A stretch of DNA of 64,000 nt from Azolla caroliniana (Eukaryota > Plantae > Polypodiophyta): the NCBI GenBank assembly GCA_043228905.1, contig JBHGNT010000006.1:2480001-2544000 (forward strand), given 5' to 3'. Below the pieces are notes generated by a model. That model saw only the letters and a program-made list of their open reading frames with translations. It was not told the DNA's origin and ran no database searches. The stretch's first letter is position 1. Each line of letters starts with the position of its first letter. Below are positions 1 to 13,500 of the stretch, piece after piece. Position numbers and translations under genes: made by a program.

Positions 1-226
1 TTGCCACTCAATAGTCTTGAGTGATCCAAGGGGCTAGGTTGGTGAAGAGATGGTTATTGGTTTTGGGATGCAAAGTTAATGGAGCCATTTCAAATATTCA
101 ATTATGCCACGACACTTTGTGGATAACATGTTAATATTCAATTGCCACTCGATAGTCCCGAGTGATCCAAGGGGCTAGGTTGGTCAAGAGATGGTTATTG
201 GTTTTGGGATGCAAAGTTATTGGACC
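1..226. repeat. Tandem duplication, period 141 bp (truncated by window start)
   Basis: ttgccactc..gagtgatccaaggggctaggttgg..gagatggttattggttttgggatgcaaagtta occurs at 1 and again at 142 with few substitutions. Confidence 0.85.
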
Positions 227-2032
227 CATGTAATGAGGGGTGGCGGAAATGCCTCGAGCACCTCGAGCCATATGGGCAATAGGTGCTATGATTGCCAAAG
301 TAACTTGCACCACACTCCTGAGAAAGAAAGCCATTGTTGATAGGCCTTTCGTTCGCGATAGTAAAACTACACTTTTTATTAGAATCCCATCTACAATGGC
401 GGAATGGAGCTTGCTCCCCACCACCCACGCATTCTACTTAATTTTTGCCACTTGTTTATCCTATGACATAAACTAGCAAAATTATCCATTAGCCATATTT
501 AGCAAGACGTATTCATATTATGTGTATTGCTTTATTTTAAAGCTATATTCCTCATGGACAAGAAGTTGTTACAAATGTGGGTTCGGCTTTCACAATGGGT
601 TGGCGTTGTAGTTGGCAATTTTACTTGGAACTTATTGTTTGAACTTTGAAGTTTCAAAGTTTCATTAGTGGATCGGTTAGAGTACATATAATCACTTGAC
701 CTAGTGGCCATGACTTATCTATATAATGGAACTTATCTTTTCAATTCTACTTGGACTATCCCTCATATTGATGTTATAATTGTCATTTTAATCATAGTTC
801 CTTGAAGAAGGCCCTTTGCAATTACAACCTTCGTGTTTTATCCAAAGCATGGTCATAGCTATATAAAATTGCATTCTTGGTAGCGTTTGAATCCTTACTT
901 AACATTTGGATATTTGGATAAACTTTGCATCTTTGAGTTGATAACCTTGCAAGAAATAGCGGCGCGAGGGATCACATAACCTAGCATGATTTTCATAACG
1001 TAATTGAGTTGCGAGTGGTGTCAACCAACATAGCATATGGTACAATCAAAATCACAATAAATGCTCACTTTTCAAATTAATGTGTTATATTTATATGGAC
1101 CTTTATTGTTTTGTTAATGTATTAATAGTGATTGACTTGTTATACACTATTCTATTTACTACATATGGGAAGATCTAGCATATCTGAATTACGTAACAAC
1201 TATGCGCGAATAGGTATTGTAAAAGTGTATTCCAAATAAAATAGGAAGTGACATATGCATTGTAGCATGAGAAAATGTTGACAAGTTTTGGTGGTTCTTA
1301 AAAATTTGTACAACCTCTTTGCAATGTAATATTTGATGATACTTCCCCATCCCACTCAATCTAATTTGAACGCTAAAATACTAGAGAAATATATTTTCAA
1401 AGTCTTATTGGTATCATTACATACATGCATGATTTCTTATGTAATAAGTCTTGTGATGTCCATTTTGTAGTACTTTGAATATTGCATCACATATGGACAT
1501 GATGAAGTGTTCCATTTTCAAGTCGTAGCATGGGGGAAACTTACATATTCAAACATATAAAACTTCATACATTAATAAGACCACGAAACAAACACTATAC
1601 TCACATGAAAACATAGATTGAGCTTACATATTCCACGTAGTTTATATGATTATAAGAGCATATATGATTATACAAACCCATTGATTAACACAAACATTAC
1701 ACATAAACTCATACGCTACCTTATGTGGATGAGCCCATTAATTGACATGCACACTTCATTGCAAGAGTATAGAACGCCCTTCAACATACACTACAATGCA
1801 TTTATACACGAACATTGATCGAATCCATCATACATGCACACAACCCAAACGAGCATACTTATAACTACACACACACCATTTACATGACATGAATGTGAGA
1901 AGTCATTTAACTATACATATTATAGAACACACAAAAGTGAAGGCTTGATTTAGTAAAGAATAGTAAAGAATAAGACAGAAATGGTATCATAAGGTAAATT
2001 ATGAGTCTTGTTTCCATGGTAGAATGGAGGGG

Positions 2033-2040
2033 ACACGTGG
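2033..2040 (+). promoter_or_regulatory. ABRE/G-box (ACACGTGG) about 220 bp upstream of the sHSP ATG
   Basis: Exact ACACGTGG match; AT-rich TATA-like aataaata near 2118. Function is inferred only. Confidence 0.4.
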
Positions 2041-2257
2041 AGCTTTGGAAGTTTGCATGGATGAGGAGAGCGCCGCAAATTATAGTGCATAGAGAGGGAT
2101 GGAGAAGAAGAGGGTACAATAAATAGCTTGGAACCTCATGAAGAAGAAGAACAAGAAGAATTTAGTGAAAGGAGAACTATTATAAGACACAAGTTAAAGA
2201 GAGCATAATAGAGATTTTTTACTCTTTTTTGTGGCAAGAAGAGTTTGATTTACCAAG

Positions 2258-3097
2258 ATGATGCGATTCTTTGATTACCCTCAAGGAGGCAACCACATGT
2301 TGTTCCATGACGATGACTTTGGTTTTGATGAGCTTCACATGGATGATTGGGACCCAAATGATCTCTCTCAACAACCACCCCAAGTACAAGTTGGTGACAT
2401 TGGGCCTCGTGTTGGCCCTCCTCGTATGTCGCGACGCACTCGCCAAACCCTCAACCTCATGAAGACTGATTGGCTTGACACTCCTAACTCCCATGTCCTC
2501 CATGTCGATTTGCCAGGTTATATACACACTTTTACCATTTTCTTGTTAGAAGAAATTGCATCAATCTCATGAATTGTATCATTGAATGTTGTTTTGTGTT
2601 TGTCAAATTGCATTATGCTTTATGTTATGTTTTGTGTTTGTCAAATTGCATTTTGTTTGGTTTGTCAATATTGCATGGGAGTTCCCTAGTTTTGAATGTT
2701 TGAATCATCACAAACTTTGTCAATATTGCGTGGGAGTTCCCTAGTTTTGAATGTTTGAATCATCACAAACTTACTTAAATTACTCACCATCACCATCAGT
2801 GTGGAAACTAATATATTATGACTAGGTGTGAAGCGTGAGCATATCAAAGTATCGCTTGAAGATAAGCACCTACGAATCCATGGAGAGAGACCTAAATCGA
2901 ATGAGGTTGAAGGTACATGGCGTCGCATGGAACGCCCGAAGGGGCGCTTTAATAGAAGATACCCAATGCCAGATTTGGATAGTGTAGATGTGGAAGCCAT
3001 TACAGCGAGACTAGAAGATGGAGTTTTGACAGTAACTATTCCTATTAAGAAACGAGAAGATAAGCTTAACGTAAAGAATATTGAGATATCAATATGA
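2258..3097 (+). CDS. Small heat-shock protein (HSP20/alpha-crystallin domain), 2 exons: 2258-2516, 2826-3097, about 176 aa
   Basis: DWLDTPNSHVLHVDLPG|VKREHIKVSLED..LRIHGER..WRRMERPKGRFNRR..ARLEDGVLTVTIP is the ACD consensus; the phase-1 GT-AG intron 2517-2825 joins the two ORFs in frame. Confidence 0.92.
2661..2772. repeat. 55-bp tandem duplication in sHSP intron
   Basis: tttgtcaatattgc(a/g)tgggagttccctagttttgaatgtttgaatcatcacaaac at 2661 and 2716. Confidence 0.9.
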
Positions 3098-4587
3098 AAT
3101 AGTGTCGTACAAAATCATAATAAAATTGCATAGGTGCTTTCAAGTGAAGGTATGCCGATGCAAAAAGCCAAAGCCAAGTCAAAGTCGCGTAGGTATTTTT
3201 CAAATGAAAGTGTGCTACCAATGCTATAGCAAATTATGATAGATTTGAGTAGATTGCGTACCGAAGGGAGTTGAGAATTGACACAAGCCTCTTGGCAATG
3301 TCCATAGCTAGATAATAGGTTTTTCAATGGATTTTTGTGATGAGGGTGATTGTTGGCATTGTTCATACTAGTATTTCTCGATGATAAGGTTTCTTTCAAT
3401 TGGTTGGTTTAACCCAAGAAAGATGTCGTTTGAAGGGAGGGTATGTACTTGAGCAATAAAAATCGTAGTGGATTTCGAAAAAATGTTTCATTTCTGTAAG
3501 TTTTGATTTTGAAATGTTAAATATTATCAGCACATTGCTTCACATTTTATAGTCACATGTACGTAGTAGTATGGAAGAGTCTTTATGTTTTTGGTATTTT
3601 CTTGGAGAATCCTAATAGTAACATTTCATTAAACCTACCTTGTATTTCCATCTATTATGTAACATTTCATTCAACCACTCCAATAATACCTAGAAACTTT
3701 TAAAAGTAGTTTAGGTATGTGGTTTTATTGTTGTCACAACTTTACAAACTAGACTTTATTATAGTAGTTGCCATGGTCACTAAGGCGTCAATGGAAGTTA
3801 TTCATCCTTTTTCATAAAATAGTTGAAAATACTATAGAAGAAACTTCTTTTTATCTTATGGATAAGACTTTTAGTTGGATATAGTTCCCAACAACTTATC
3901 ATTAACTATAAATTATATTGTATCTCCGCTCGCAAATACAATTATGGAAGAATCGATATAGAGTATTTAGTTTATTCGAAAGAAAGTTTCTCATATTGCA
4001 CATGAAAAGATATTGCACATTTGTGATGTAACGTTGAGAAATGACACTCTTGAATAAACAAGATCCCAAGCATCTATGCATATGACTAAAATAAAATGAT
4101 TTAATTTCCAAACCAATGCACCCATGTGGTTAGGGAATGTCTCGCCAACAATTGTTACAATATTATGGGAACCCAATAAACAAACAAACTAGCGCAAAAC
4201 GTGAATCGGATATTGTTACATTATGGGAACCCAATAAACAAACATAAACTACAATATGCCCAAAAGATGGAAGAAAATTGTAAATTTGTTGTACACCATA
4301 AGTGTGGTCACAAGAACCCATTGCTTAGGTCAAGATTTCGAATGACATGAGCATGCACTTAAACAATAGTTAAGAGGAAGATGAAACATCACAAAAAGTC
4401 CTCTTAAACACAAGATGTACATACCTAACTCTTTTGGCAATTCATCCAAAAAAAGATGAAACCTCACATGACATAGTATCTACCACCCCATTTTGGGACT
4501 TATCCAAAGTAAGCAAAATATAAAACAGTGCTTGCCTCCATGAAGAGTATATGGTGGCAATCCCATATGCATCAATTCCACAAAATT

Positions 4588-5423
4588 TGTCGTGGAGGAT
4601 TCTGGCCACTAGGAGAATGGTTCGTCGGATGCTTATAAACAAGGGTGTGCATGCGTGCGCATGAATGCGGTCTTATGTACAAACAAATGTATAAATATCG
4701 AAGTATTAATAAGTACGAGGTTTATGATCCCACAAAAGAGGGGAATGTGAGTGTGTGATCGCAGAAAATCGTGGGGGAATCTTTGACAGAAGCGATTGTC
4801 ATAACTACTAATGTAACACACCCTCCTTGAGCTATAAAAGGAGGGGAGGGAAACTGTAAAAGGCATCGGTCGTTTTAGAGGGGAAGGTGTTGCTGGATTG
4901 TGTCCTGGAGGGATAAAGGTTTCCTGCCCAACCGGTTAGAGGGTGCGAGGCCTCTGCTCGCATTGGAAGCTCGTGTGCTCCCGACCAGAGGCTCACCGGT
5001 CTGTGTGTTTGTCAAGCTCAAAGCTCTATTTTCCGACCTAACGTCGCTTTGTATTCTTTCTCTATTTTAATTGGTTATTTAGTATTGTTGTATATGGGTT
5101 GTCTTTGTGATTCCTGCTTTGGTCTCTTTGTGTTGTGTCCACATTCATATCTTGTCGGTGGTGTCTGGGGAGGTGTCATTCTTCCCTCCTCTATTCTGTG
5201 GTTTCCTATTTGCTCCTGTGAGCACGTGTGCTCAACTTCCGAAATCCGGTTATAGTGTCGGATCGGATAGGGTTTTGTAAGCATGCATGCTTAGTATCCG
5301 GTCACCGGTGACCAAGTCGGATAAGCTATTGCAATCTTAGTAGCCCCTTGTCCTTAGACTCCATGGTATGAGACCCCAATGGTCCCACCCGAGCCAATCC
5401 GCAAGCTGCAAATTTCTGCGACA
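4588..5423 (+). mobile_element. Probable solo LTR (836 bp)
   Basis: TGTCG...CGACA termini like the Trp-primed elements in this window; ctataaaag TATA near 4832; GC-richer than the flanks; flanks AATT/ACGT do not form a TSD. Confidence 0.6.
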
Positions 5424-5986
5424 ACGTAATGAGTAGACATGCATGGGCTACTATACCCTTTCAAAGGCAACATATTAGAGAAATGATGTCAACACTCAAG
5501 TGATACTCAATACCAGAGCCAAACTTAGTGTTGTTAAGTTGTAGATATTGGTAGATAACACCGGGTCATTAAAAACAGGTAATATGTCACATTCTCTTTT
5601 TCATATATTGGGGAGATGTTAAAAAATGTCATATTTAGCATCCAACACTAATAGGCACAACGCGTGCGCACATGCTTTACAAAAACTTACCAAATTTTGG
5701 AAGTAAATAAAAGCACGACCATAAAATAAATGTTCTAAAAAATTACACGTCATATATTTTACTCAAAAACTTATATACGGTATAACTATAAAGTTCAAAC
5801 CAAAACAATCAAAATGTATGTCATTGTGCACAATACATAAAACATACCCCCCTTAATAATTGTCTTCGACTTATCTTCTTATCTTCTATGTATATTTACA
5901 TTTAATTTATCATTCGTCAATTGTGGACATTGCATGTAAGAGTTCCTATTGTGTGGAAGATAAATATTCCAGAGACAGATTCCAAT

Positions 5987-8051
5987 GTTTTTCTTTTTTT
6001 TTTTCTTTTTTTTTTCCAAAAAAAACTCCTTCCATTAGTTATAAAATTTTACAAATGAGGCGATTATGTACAAATCCCAAAAGGGACGCGATAGTTCCAT
6101 CTAATGTGGAAGCCCATTGACTCAAGAAAGGGAGAGGACGACCATTGTTGGATGAAGGCTATGCGTTGTCTTTCAACTCCCTCGGAGCCACCTTTAAGGC
6201 CATCATATTGGCTCTTGAGAGTGGCTACAACTTCACTCCATATCTCTTGCAGTAACCTTGTTGGATGGGTGGTTTGGTTGGAGAAGACTCGCCTACATCG
6301 TTGTTTCCATAGAATCCAAAGGGTTATTGGGCTGACCAATTCCACCACCTCTTGAGATTTGTCATTAAGAGGAAAATAGTGGACATTGTCGCTGGAGGAG
6401 AAAAGAACCTCTTGTGCTTTTATCACCAAAGTCATCCCCTCCTCCTGATGCTCGTATCGGCCAATTGCAGCCTGCCATGATAGCTAACATATATTTCCCC
6501 ACTTGATTGAACCTTGCACCTGGCATAACTGCAACAAGCGGCCAACCCCCCGCCATGTTCTATGGGACGTTGGGCAGTCCCACAGAGCGTGTCGTATGGA
6601 TTCTACTGAATGTGGGCACTCTACACAATTAAGAGAGTTAAGGTTCCCACGTTGCCATGCTCCCACCGGTAGGGACTTATGTATTAACAGCCATTGGAAA
6701 GTGGTAATTCGCCTCGCGTGTTGTTGCTTCCAGATTTTCTGCCAAAACTTGGTGATTATTGCGGAGGGAACTTGAAATGTGCGCCAGACCTTTGCAGCAG
6801 CCGGTTCTCGGGTGGCTTGAGCAGCTAGAATGTGGCGACCCAATCTAGTTGGGAATTGGAAGAAAGGGATGGGTTTGCTTCCTTGCCTCATGTAGGGATC
6901 ACGCCATGTCCATTGCAAAGGGTCCCAACTGACCTTACACAGCCATGTGTTTTCATGAGTACATATATGCCAATCGGGTTGTACTTTGATCGGATCAGGA
7001 TCTACAATCCATTTATGACCAGTGTACGCGAGTACTCGAATGGCGTTATTCTGTGTGGGTGTCTCAATGTCTCTCACTTCATGGCCTTCGAGCATGTCTA
7101 GTGATCCCCTACCTCTCGGGATCAGAGAGCCCTCCTCCTCGTGGCCTATCCATTTCTCCATTGTCGTCCTTTGAGTAGCAGAGTCCCTAATCCATAGCGC
7201 GTTAATGATTTCCGATCTCATAGTCCATCCGCCCCTGATTCCATGGAGTATGTTCGCTTGATCTTGTAGTGGCATTGACATAAAACATCGCCAACATTCA
7301 ATACTTTTGCCTGGACGTTCTGCAATGTATCCCCATGACAACCCCTTACGTGATCCCAGTAGTTGATTAGATTCATCCTTGAGACATGGGTTCCATAGGA
7401 TACGTTGACTGAGCCAGGTAGGTTCGGATCTCGGTTGATCACACTGGAGCCCCCGACGAATGTCACACCATGCCTTCCACATGGATGCACTGAATCTGTC
7501 CTCCAAATGGCGGGAGAAACTAGGTTTGAGATCCATGTTTAGAATCCATCCCGTTTGGGGGGCCCAATTGACCCCTTTTCGTGCCTTAAAGTAAGCGAAA
7601 CATAACCTCAGTAGCATTTTCCAACAATCATTTCCTGGTTGGAATCCTCGCACCACAAATTTGGCAAGTAAGGCTTTCGATTGTGAAAGGGGATCAATAA
7701 GACCCAATCCCCCTCTCGACTTAGGCGTTGTGAGTATAGGCCACGCCACCTTGGCGCGAGCTACATGGTCTTCCTTACCAGACCAAATGTAGTTGCGGAC
7801 CAGTCGTTGAATTTGATGTATACTTTCCTTGGAGATTGTCCAGCATGATAGACTGTACCATGTTGTTGCGAGGAGTACCTGATTTGCCACTATGATGCGA
7901 CCTGCTAGCGACAATTTTTTAGAGCTCCAATGTATCAACTTTTGTCGAATGGAGAGGATAACGGGTGCAATCATAGTCTCCGGCGGTATGTTGAAGCCAA
8001 TTTGGAAGCCCAAATATTTGGTGCTCGCTCCTTGATTGATCCACTTGAATG
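5987..8051 (-). mobile_element. 5'-truncated L1-type LINE (end of RT, zf-RVT), frameshifted
   Basis: KYLGFQIG..WSSKKLSLAGRIIVANQVL..AKVAWPILTTPKSRGGLGL; C-x2-C..ESIRHALWDC zinc knuckle; LWILWKQRCRRVF; T-run at 5987-6015 is poly(A) on the minus strand. Confidence 0.9.
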
Positions 8052-9727
8052 AGTACTAAATGAATGAGGAATTTGTGTATAAGATAATTATCAAACCCTC
8101 TTGAATGTTTCTCTTGTGCTATTTTTCTATTTAATCACATGCAATACAATTTCTACTATGTTGACAAAAACTTTCAAATGAAATTTGATTCGTTAGCACA
8201 AAATGATTTCCATAAAGATAACGGTGCCATGACTTTAGCGCATGAATAATTGCAAATAATTCCTTTTCTTGCACAGTATACCGACACTGAACATAATGAA
8301 GTTTCTTACTCTCAAATGTTATTGGTTTACAATCTTGATATAGGACGACACCTATAGCATAATCACTTACGTCGGTTTCAACCTAAAAAGGTTCTGAAGG
8401 GTTTGGTAAAAGAAGCGAAGGAGCCTTGCACACTAGGTCCTTGAGTTCCTTAAAGGCGAGGTCTAGTGTAGCATTCCATACAATAGGTTTTGTAGACTTA
8501 CGTCTTTGACCTTTCAAAAGATCAGTAAACAACGTCATCAATTGGGTATAATTGCGAAGAGATTTTCACAAAAACTCAACAAAACCAAGGAATGATCGAA
8601 CTTCTCAAATATTCCAAAGAGTGGGTCAAAGTTTCAATTTCTCGATGCGAGAAGGGATCAATTTCAACTCCTCGTTCAGTTTTGAGATGTCCAAGGTAAG
8701 TAATTGATTTCTTGGAGAACTTGCATTTTGAGATCTTCGCGTAGAATTGCTTGTCACACAATGTTTGTAAAACAAAGCGGACATGTTTAGCATGTTCTTC
8801 TAATGTACGGCTATAAACTAGAATATCATCCAAGAAAATAACGACAAAATTTCCAAGTTGTTCTCGGAAAATGTCATTCATTTCTTGTTGAAATGTGGCC
8901 AAAGCATTGGTCAAACCGAAAGGCATGACCAAAATCTCGTAATGGTCATAGCGTGTACGAAATACCATTTTAGGAACATCTTCCTCACTTATACGAATTT
9001 GATGATAGCCCTTATGGAGATCAAGTTTCGTAAAATATTGAGCTCCCTGGAGATGGTCAATTAGATCGGGGGCAATGGATATGAATTCTTGATCGTCACT
9101 TTATTAAAGCGTCGGTAATTAATACATATACGCCATATGCCCTCATTCTTTTTTAACAAGAGAACAGGTGCACCCCATGGAGATTTACTATAATGTATAT
9201 CACCCATTCGTAAATAGTCCTTGAGTTGCTTAGATACCTCATCCTCTTAGGATCGACTTAAGCAATAGGGAGGTATTGTCATAAACACGATCTATGGAAT
9301 GTAGGGGGTTGAACCCATGACCTCCTGGTCTTATCGGGCAACCTTGCCAATTGAGGTACATCCACCTATGCATTATTATATTGTATAAGTTTCAACTTAT
9401 TACATTCTATGTTAATCAATAGAACTTTCAAGAAACATAGAGAATGCATCTTCATGCACTCTCTAGAAATTTCCATGCACTCTCTAGATGTTCCCTAGCT
9501 TGCATGCATACCACCACATTCTTGAATAAATACTTCGGTGCACCTTGATTACAATCAAGGTGAACAACACCAGTTATGGAAACATAATTTAGTTCTTGCT
9601 CTTTTGTCTACCTTCTCTCTCTCTTTTGTTCTCTTGTCTATGCTCTCTCTCTATCTATATATCTATCTTTCGCTCTCTCTTAATATTTAGCTCGCCTACT
9701 TATCCTTGTCCTGATCTACCCGTTATT

Positions 9728-10530
9728 TGTCGGGAACCCAACGATCCTAATGTGCGACGCTCGGCCACAACCGAGCGTAGAATGATACACAGAAAACGGG
9801 AAATTAAATGCGACACAAAGAAGGAGAGAATACACAGGAGGTTTACGTGGAAAACCCCAAACTAGGGGAAAAACCACAGCAGCCCACAGGCTACAAACAG
9901 TCACTATGTAGGAATATACAACAGTGAGTTCACTGAGGCAACGACCTCGTGCTCACAGATCTTCGCCACAGGCGGCGGTTACAACAGAGGCAACGACCTC
10001 GTCTCTCTCTCTCTCTCTCTCTGTACAGTTACACACTCTCTCTTCTTCTTGCACCAACAAGAAAAACGACAACAACTAAAAAAGTTTGCCCTAAGTCATA
10101 TTTATACTGATATGACTTTTCGGCTATTTACAAATATAGCCTCGATGGGCTCTCAGAAACATATTTACGAATATGTCTCTTCCTCCGGTTCACACCGGGC
10201 CTGCACCATCCGGTTCTCCGTAGCCGGGTACTCCTCATCCGGTTCACACCGGGCCTATATCATCCAGCTCTCCGTAGTCGGGTACTCCTCATCCGGTCCT
10301 CACCGGCCTGTATCATCTGGCTCTCCGTAGCCGGGTACTCCTCATCCGGTCCTCACCGGGCCTGTATCATCCGGCTCTCCGTAGCCGGGTGCTCCTCATC
10401 CGGTCCTCACCGGGCCTGTATCATCCGGCTCTCCGTAGCCGGGTACTCCTCATCCGGTCCGGCCTCGGCCGAGTTTGTTCGTCGGCACTGTTCTTCTCCC
10501 TTCCCATCCGGAGGGACCTGTCTCCCAACA
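9728..10530 (-). repeat. Copia 3' LTR (803 bp)
   Basis: Direct repeat of 14613-15447 with a shorter (CT)n tract. Confidence 0.97.
10180..10460. repeat. About 5 copies of a 54-bp CCGG-rich unit in copia U3 (also 15097-15377)
   Basis: ccgggtactcctcatccggtcctcaccgggcctgtatcatccggctctccgtag starts at 10224, 10278, 10331, 10385, 10439. Confidence 0.93.
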
Positions 10531-10540
10531 AACTCCCCCT

Positions 10541-13500
10541 TCACTCCGGCATGGGGTGTCTTACCAGTCCGATTCTCTTCCGGCATGCATCCAGCTTGTC
10601 GGGTGTCAGCACTTTGGTCAGCATATCTGACCCGTTCTCGGCCGTGTGGATCTTCGTCAGTGCGAACTCTTGGTCATCTACTCTTTCCCGGATCCAGTGA
10701 TACCTCTGCTGGATATGCTTCGTCCGGGAATGGTAGGCCGCATTTTTAGCAAGGTGGATGGCACTTTGACTGTCGCAATAGAGTCGGTATTCCTCTTTCC
10801 GTATACCGGGCTCTCCGATGAAGTCCTTCATCCATAAAATTTCCTTGCCGGCTTCCACAGCCGCCATGTACTCCGCCTCCGTGGTTGACAATGCAACCGT
10901 CTTCTGCAGCCTCGACTGCCACGAAACAGCTCCTCGTGCATATGTCATTACATACCCGGATGTAGACCGGCTGGTATCCACATCAGCCGACATGTCCGAA
11001 TCGGTGAAACCGTCCAGTTGAGGTTTTCCGGAGCCGAATCGGAGACACATATTTGAAGTGCCCTTCAAATACCGGAGTATCCACTTGACCGCGTTCCAGT
11101 GCTCCTTGCCGGGATTGCTCATAAACCGGCTCACCACTCCGACTGCGTATCCAATGTCCGGTCGGGTACAAACCATTGCGTACATCAAGCTCCCGACGGC
11201 AGAGGCATATGGGATCTTCATCATATCCACCTTCTCTGCTTTCGTCTTCGGGCTTTGCTTACCGGATAGCTTGCAGTTTGCCGGAAGTGTCGATACGACC
11301 GGTTTTGCATCTGACATGTTGAACCGGTGAAGCACCTTTGTCACGTACTTCTCCTGTGACAGCCATAATTGCTTCACTGACCGGTCCCGAATGATGTGCA
11401 TCCCCAGCATCTGTCTTGCCGGACCCAAGTCTTTCAATGAGAAGGTCCGGTTGAGAGCCTTCTTCGGCATCCGTATTTTGACTTGGTCCCGTCCGACGAT
11501 CAACATGTCATCCATGTACAGGAGGAGTATCAGGAAGTCCCCTCCTTCGAACTTCTTCACAAACACGCAGTGATCGGCCTGCGTCTTGTGGTACCCTTGA
11601 TCGGTCATGAAGGTGTCGAACTTCCGGTACCATTGCCGGGGAGCTTGCTTCAGTCCGTACAGGCTCTTCTTCAACCGGCATACCAGGTGCTCCTTCCCTT
11701 CCTCCACGAATCCTTCCGGTTGCTGCATGTAGATCTCCTCTTCGAGGTCGCCGTGAAGGAATGCCGTCTTCACGTCCAGCTGCTCTACCTCAAGGTCCAT
11801 GCTTGCTGCTATACTCAGCACCGTCCGGATGGAGGTCATCTTTACTACCGGGGCAAATATCTCGTCGAAGTCCACGCCCTTCTTCTACTGGAACCCCTTC
11901 ACCACGATCATGGCTTTGTATCTTGGGGGGTTGCCGGCATCTCCCGGTTTCAACTTGTACACCCACTTGTTTCGGAGTGCCCGCTTTCCTTTCGGTAACT
12001 CCACCAATTCGTATGTATGGTTCTCATGTAGGGAATCCATCTCGTCCTACATGCCACTTAACCATTTTCGGCTGTGGGTGTCTTCCTTCACTTCTGAAAA
12101 GCTTTCCGGCTCCATCGGTCAGCAGAACATGCTCTGCATCCGGAAATCTCTGGGGCGCCCTTCTCTCTCTGAGAGGATATCTCCGTCTTCGGGCTTCGGT
12201 AACCGGCTCCTCCATTTGCTCTTCATCCGAATCCGATTCGGGGTCTTGACCGGTTCTTGTCTCAGCTTCCTCTACTTCTTCTTCTGCCGGTTCGGTATCC
12301 TCACCGTAACCGGCTGGTTCCTCGAGTGCTAACCGGTCTCTTGCCGGTTGGGTCTGCTCATCGTAGAGTCTATCCTTACCGGTCGACTCGGAGTTCATTA
12401 TCTTCTTCTCCGACTCCCAGTCGGCGAGTGTCTTGTCCTCCATGAAGATAATATCTCGACTCCGGAATACCTTCTTGTCGACCGGGTCCCACACTCGGTA
12501 GCCGAACTCATCGTCACCGTAACCGAGGAATATGCATGGCCGGGTCTTCGGATCTAACTTTCCTCTCCGGTCCTTTGCTACATGCACGTACGCGAGACAC
12601 CTGAACACCTTCAGATGCCGGTAGGACACTTCCTTACCGGTCCATACTCTCTGTGGCGTGTCTCTGTCCAAGGGTACTGAGGGTGATCTGTTTATCACGT
12701 ATGTCGCCATCGACAATGCCTCAGCCCAAAACTTCTTGGGTAGTTTTGCATGCGCTAGCATACTCCGGACCCTCTCCATTATGGTCCGGTTCATCCTCTC
12801 GGCCAGCCCGTTTAGTTCCGGCGTCTTCGGCACGGTAAATTCGAGCCGGATTCCCTTCGAGTGACAGTACTCCTCGAACTGCCCCCGGTATTCACCTCCG
12901 TTATCTGCTCGAACCGCCTTCAGCTTCCGGCCGGTTTCTCTTTCCACTCTCGCGTGGAGCTCTTTGAAGACGGATAGCACCTGATCCTTCGTCTTCAGTG
13001 GTGTGGCCCACAGCTTCCGGCTGTGGTCATCTATGAACATCACGAAGTAGTGGGCTCCGGCATGTGACTTCGTGTTTACCTGACACACATCCGTATGCAC
13101 CAACTCCAGTGGTGCATTACGTCTCATCGGTGGCCTTGGTCGAAAGGAGGTCCGGTTCTGCTTACCGGCCAGACAATCAGTGCACTTCTCTAAGTGCACG
13201 TTCTTCACTGGAATGAGGTTGTCGTCTGCAAGCCTCTTCATCCCCTTCTCACTCATGTGACACAACCTCTTGTGCCACAGCTCACCGGCAGTGTCGGATG
13301 CCACGTTCACTTCTTCCGGGCATAACCGGGCATTCATCAGGTACAACGTGTTTACCTTCCGGGCCCGAGCCACAATCAGGCTCCCTTTGCTGAACTTCAT
13401 GACACCGTTCCGGATGCTACCCGTGTAGCCTTCATCATCTAGCCGACCGGCTGATATTAGGTTCAGACGAACTTCCGGAACGTGTCGAACATCCTTCAGC

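Noticed and set aside
131-476. Short overlapping ORFs at window start
   Set aside because: No recognisable domain; they overlap a tandem duplication
3420-3460. PPT-like tttgaagggagggta followed by TGT
   Set aside because: No matching LTR, TSD or coding remnant could be identified
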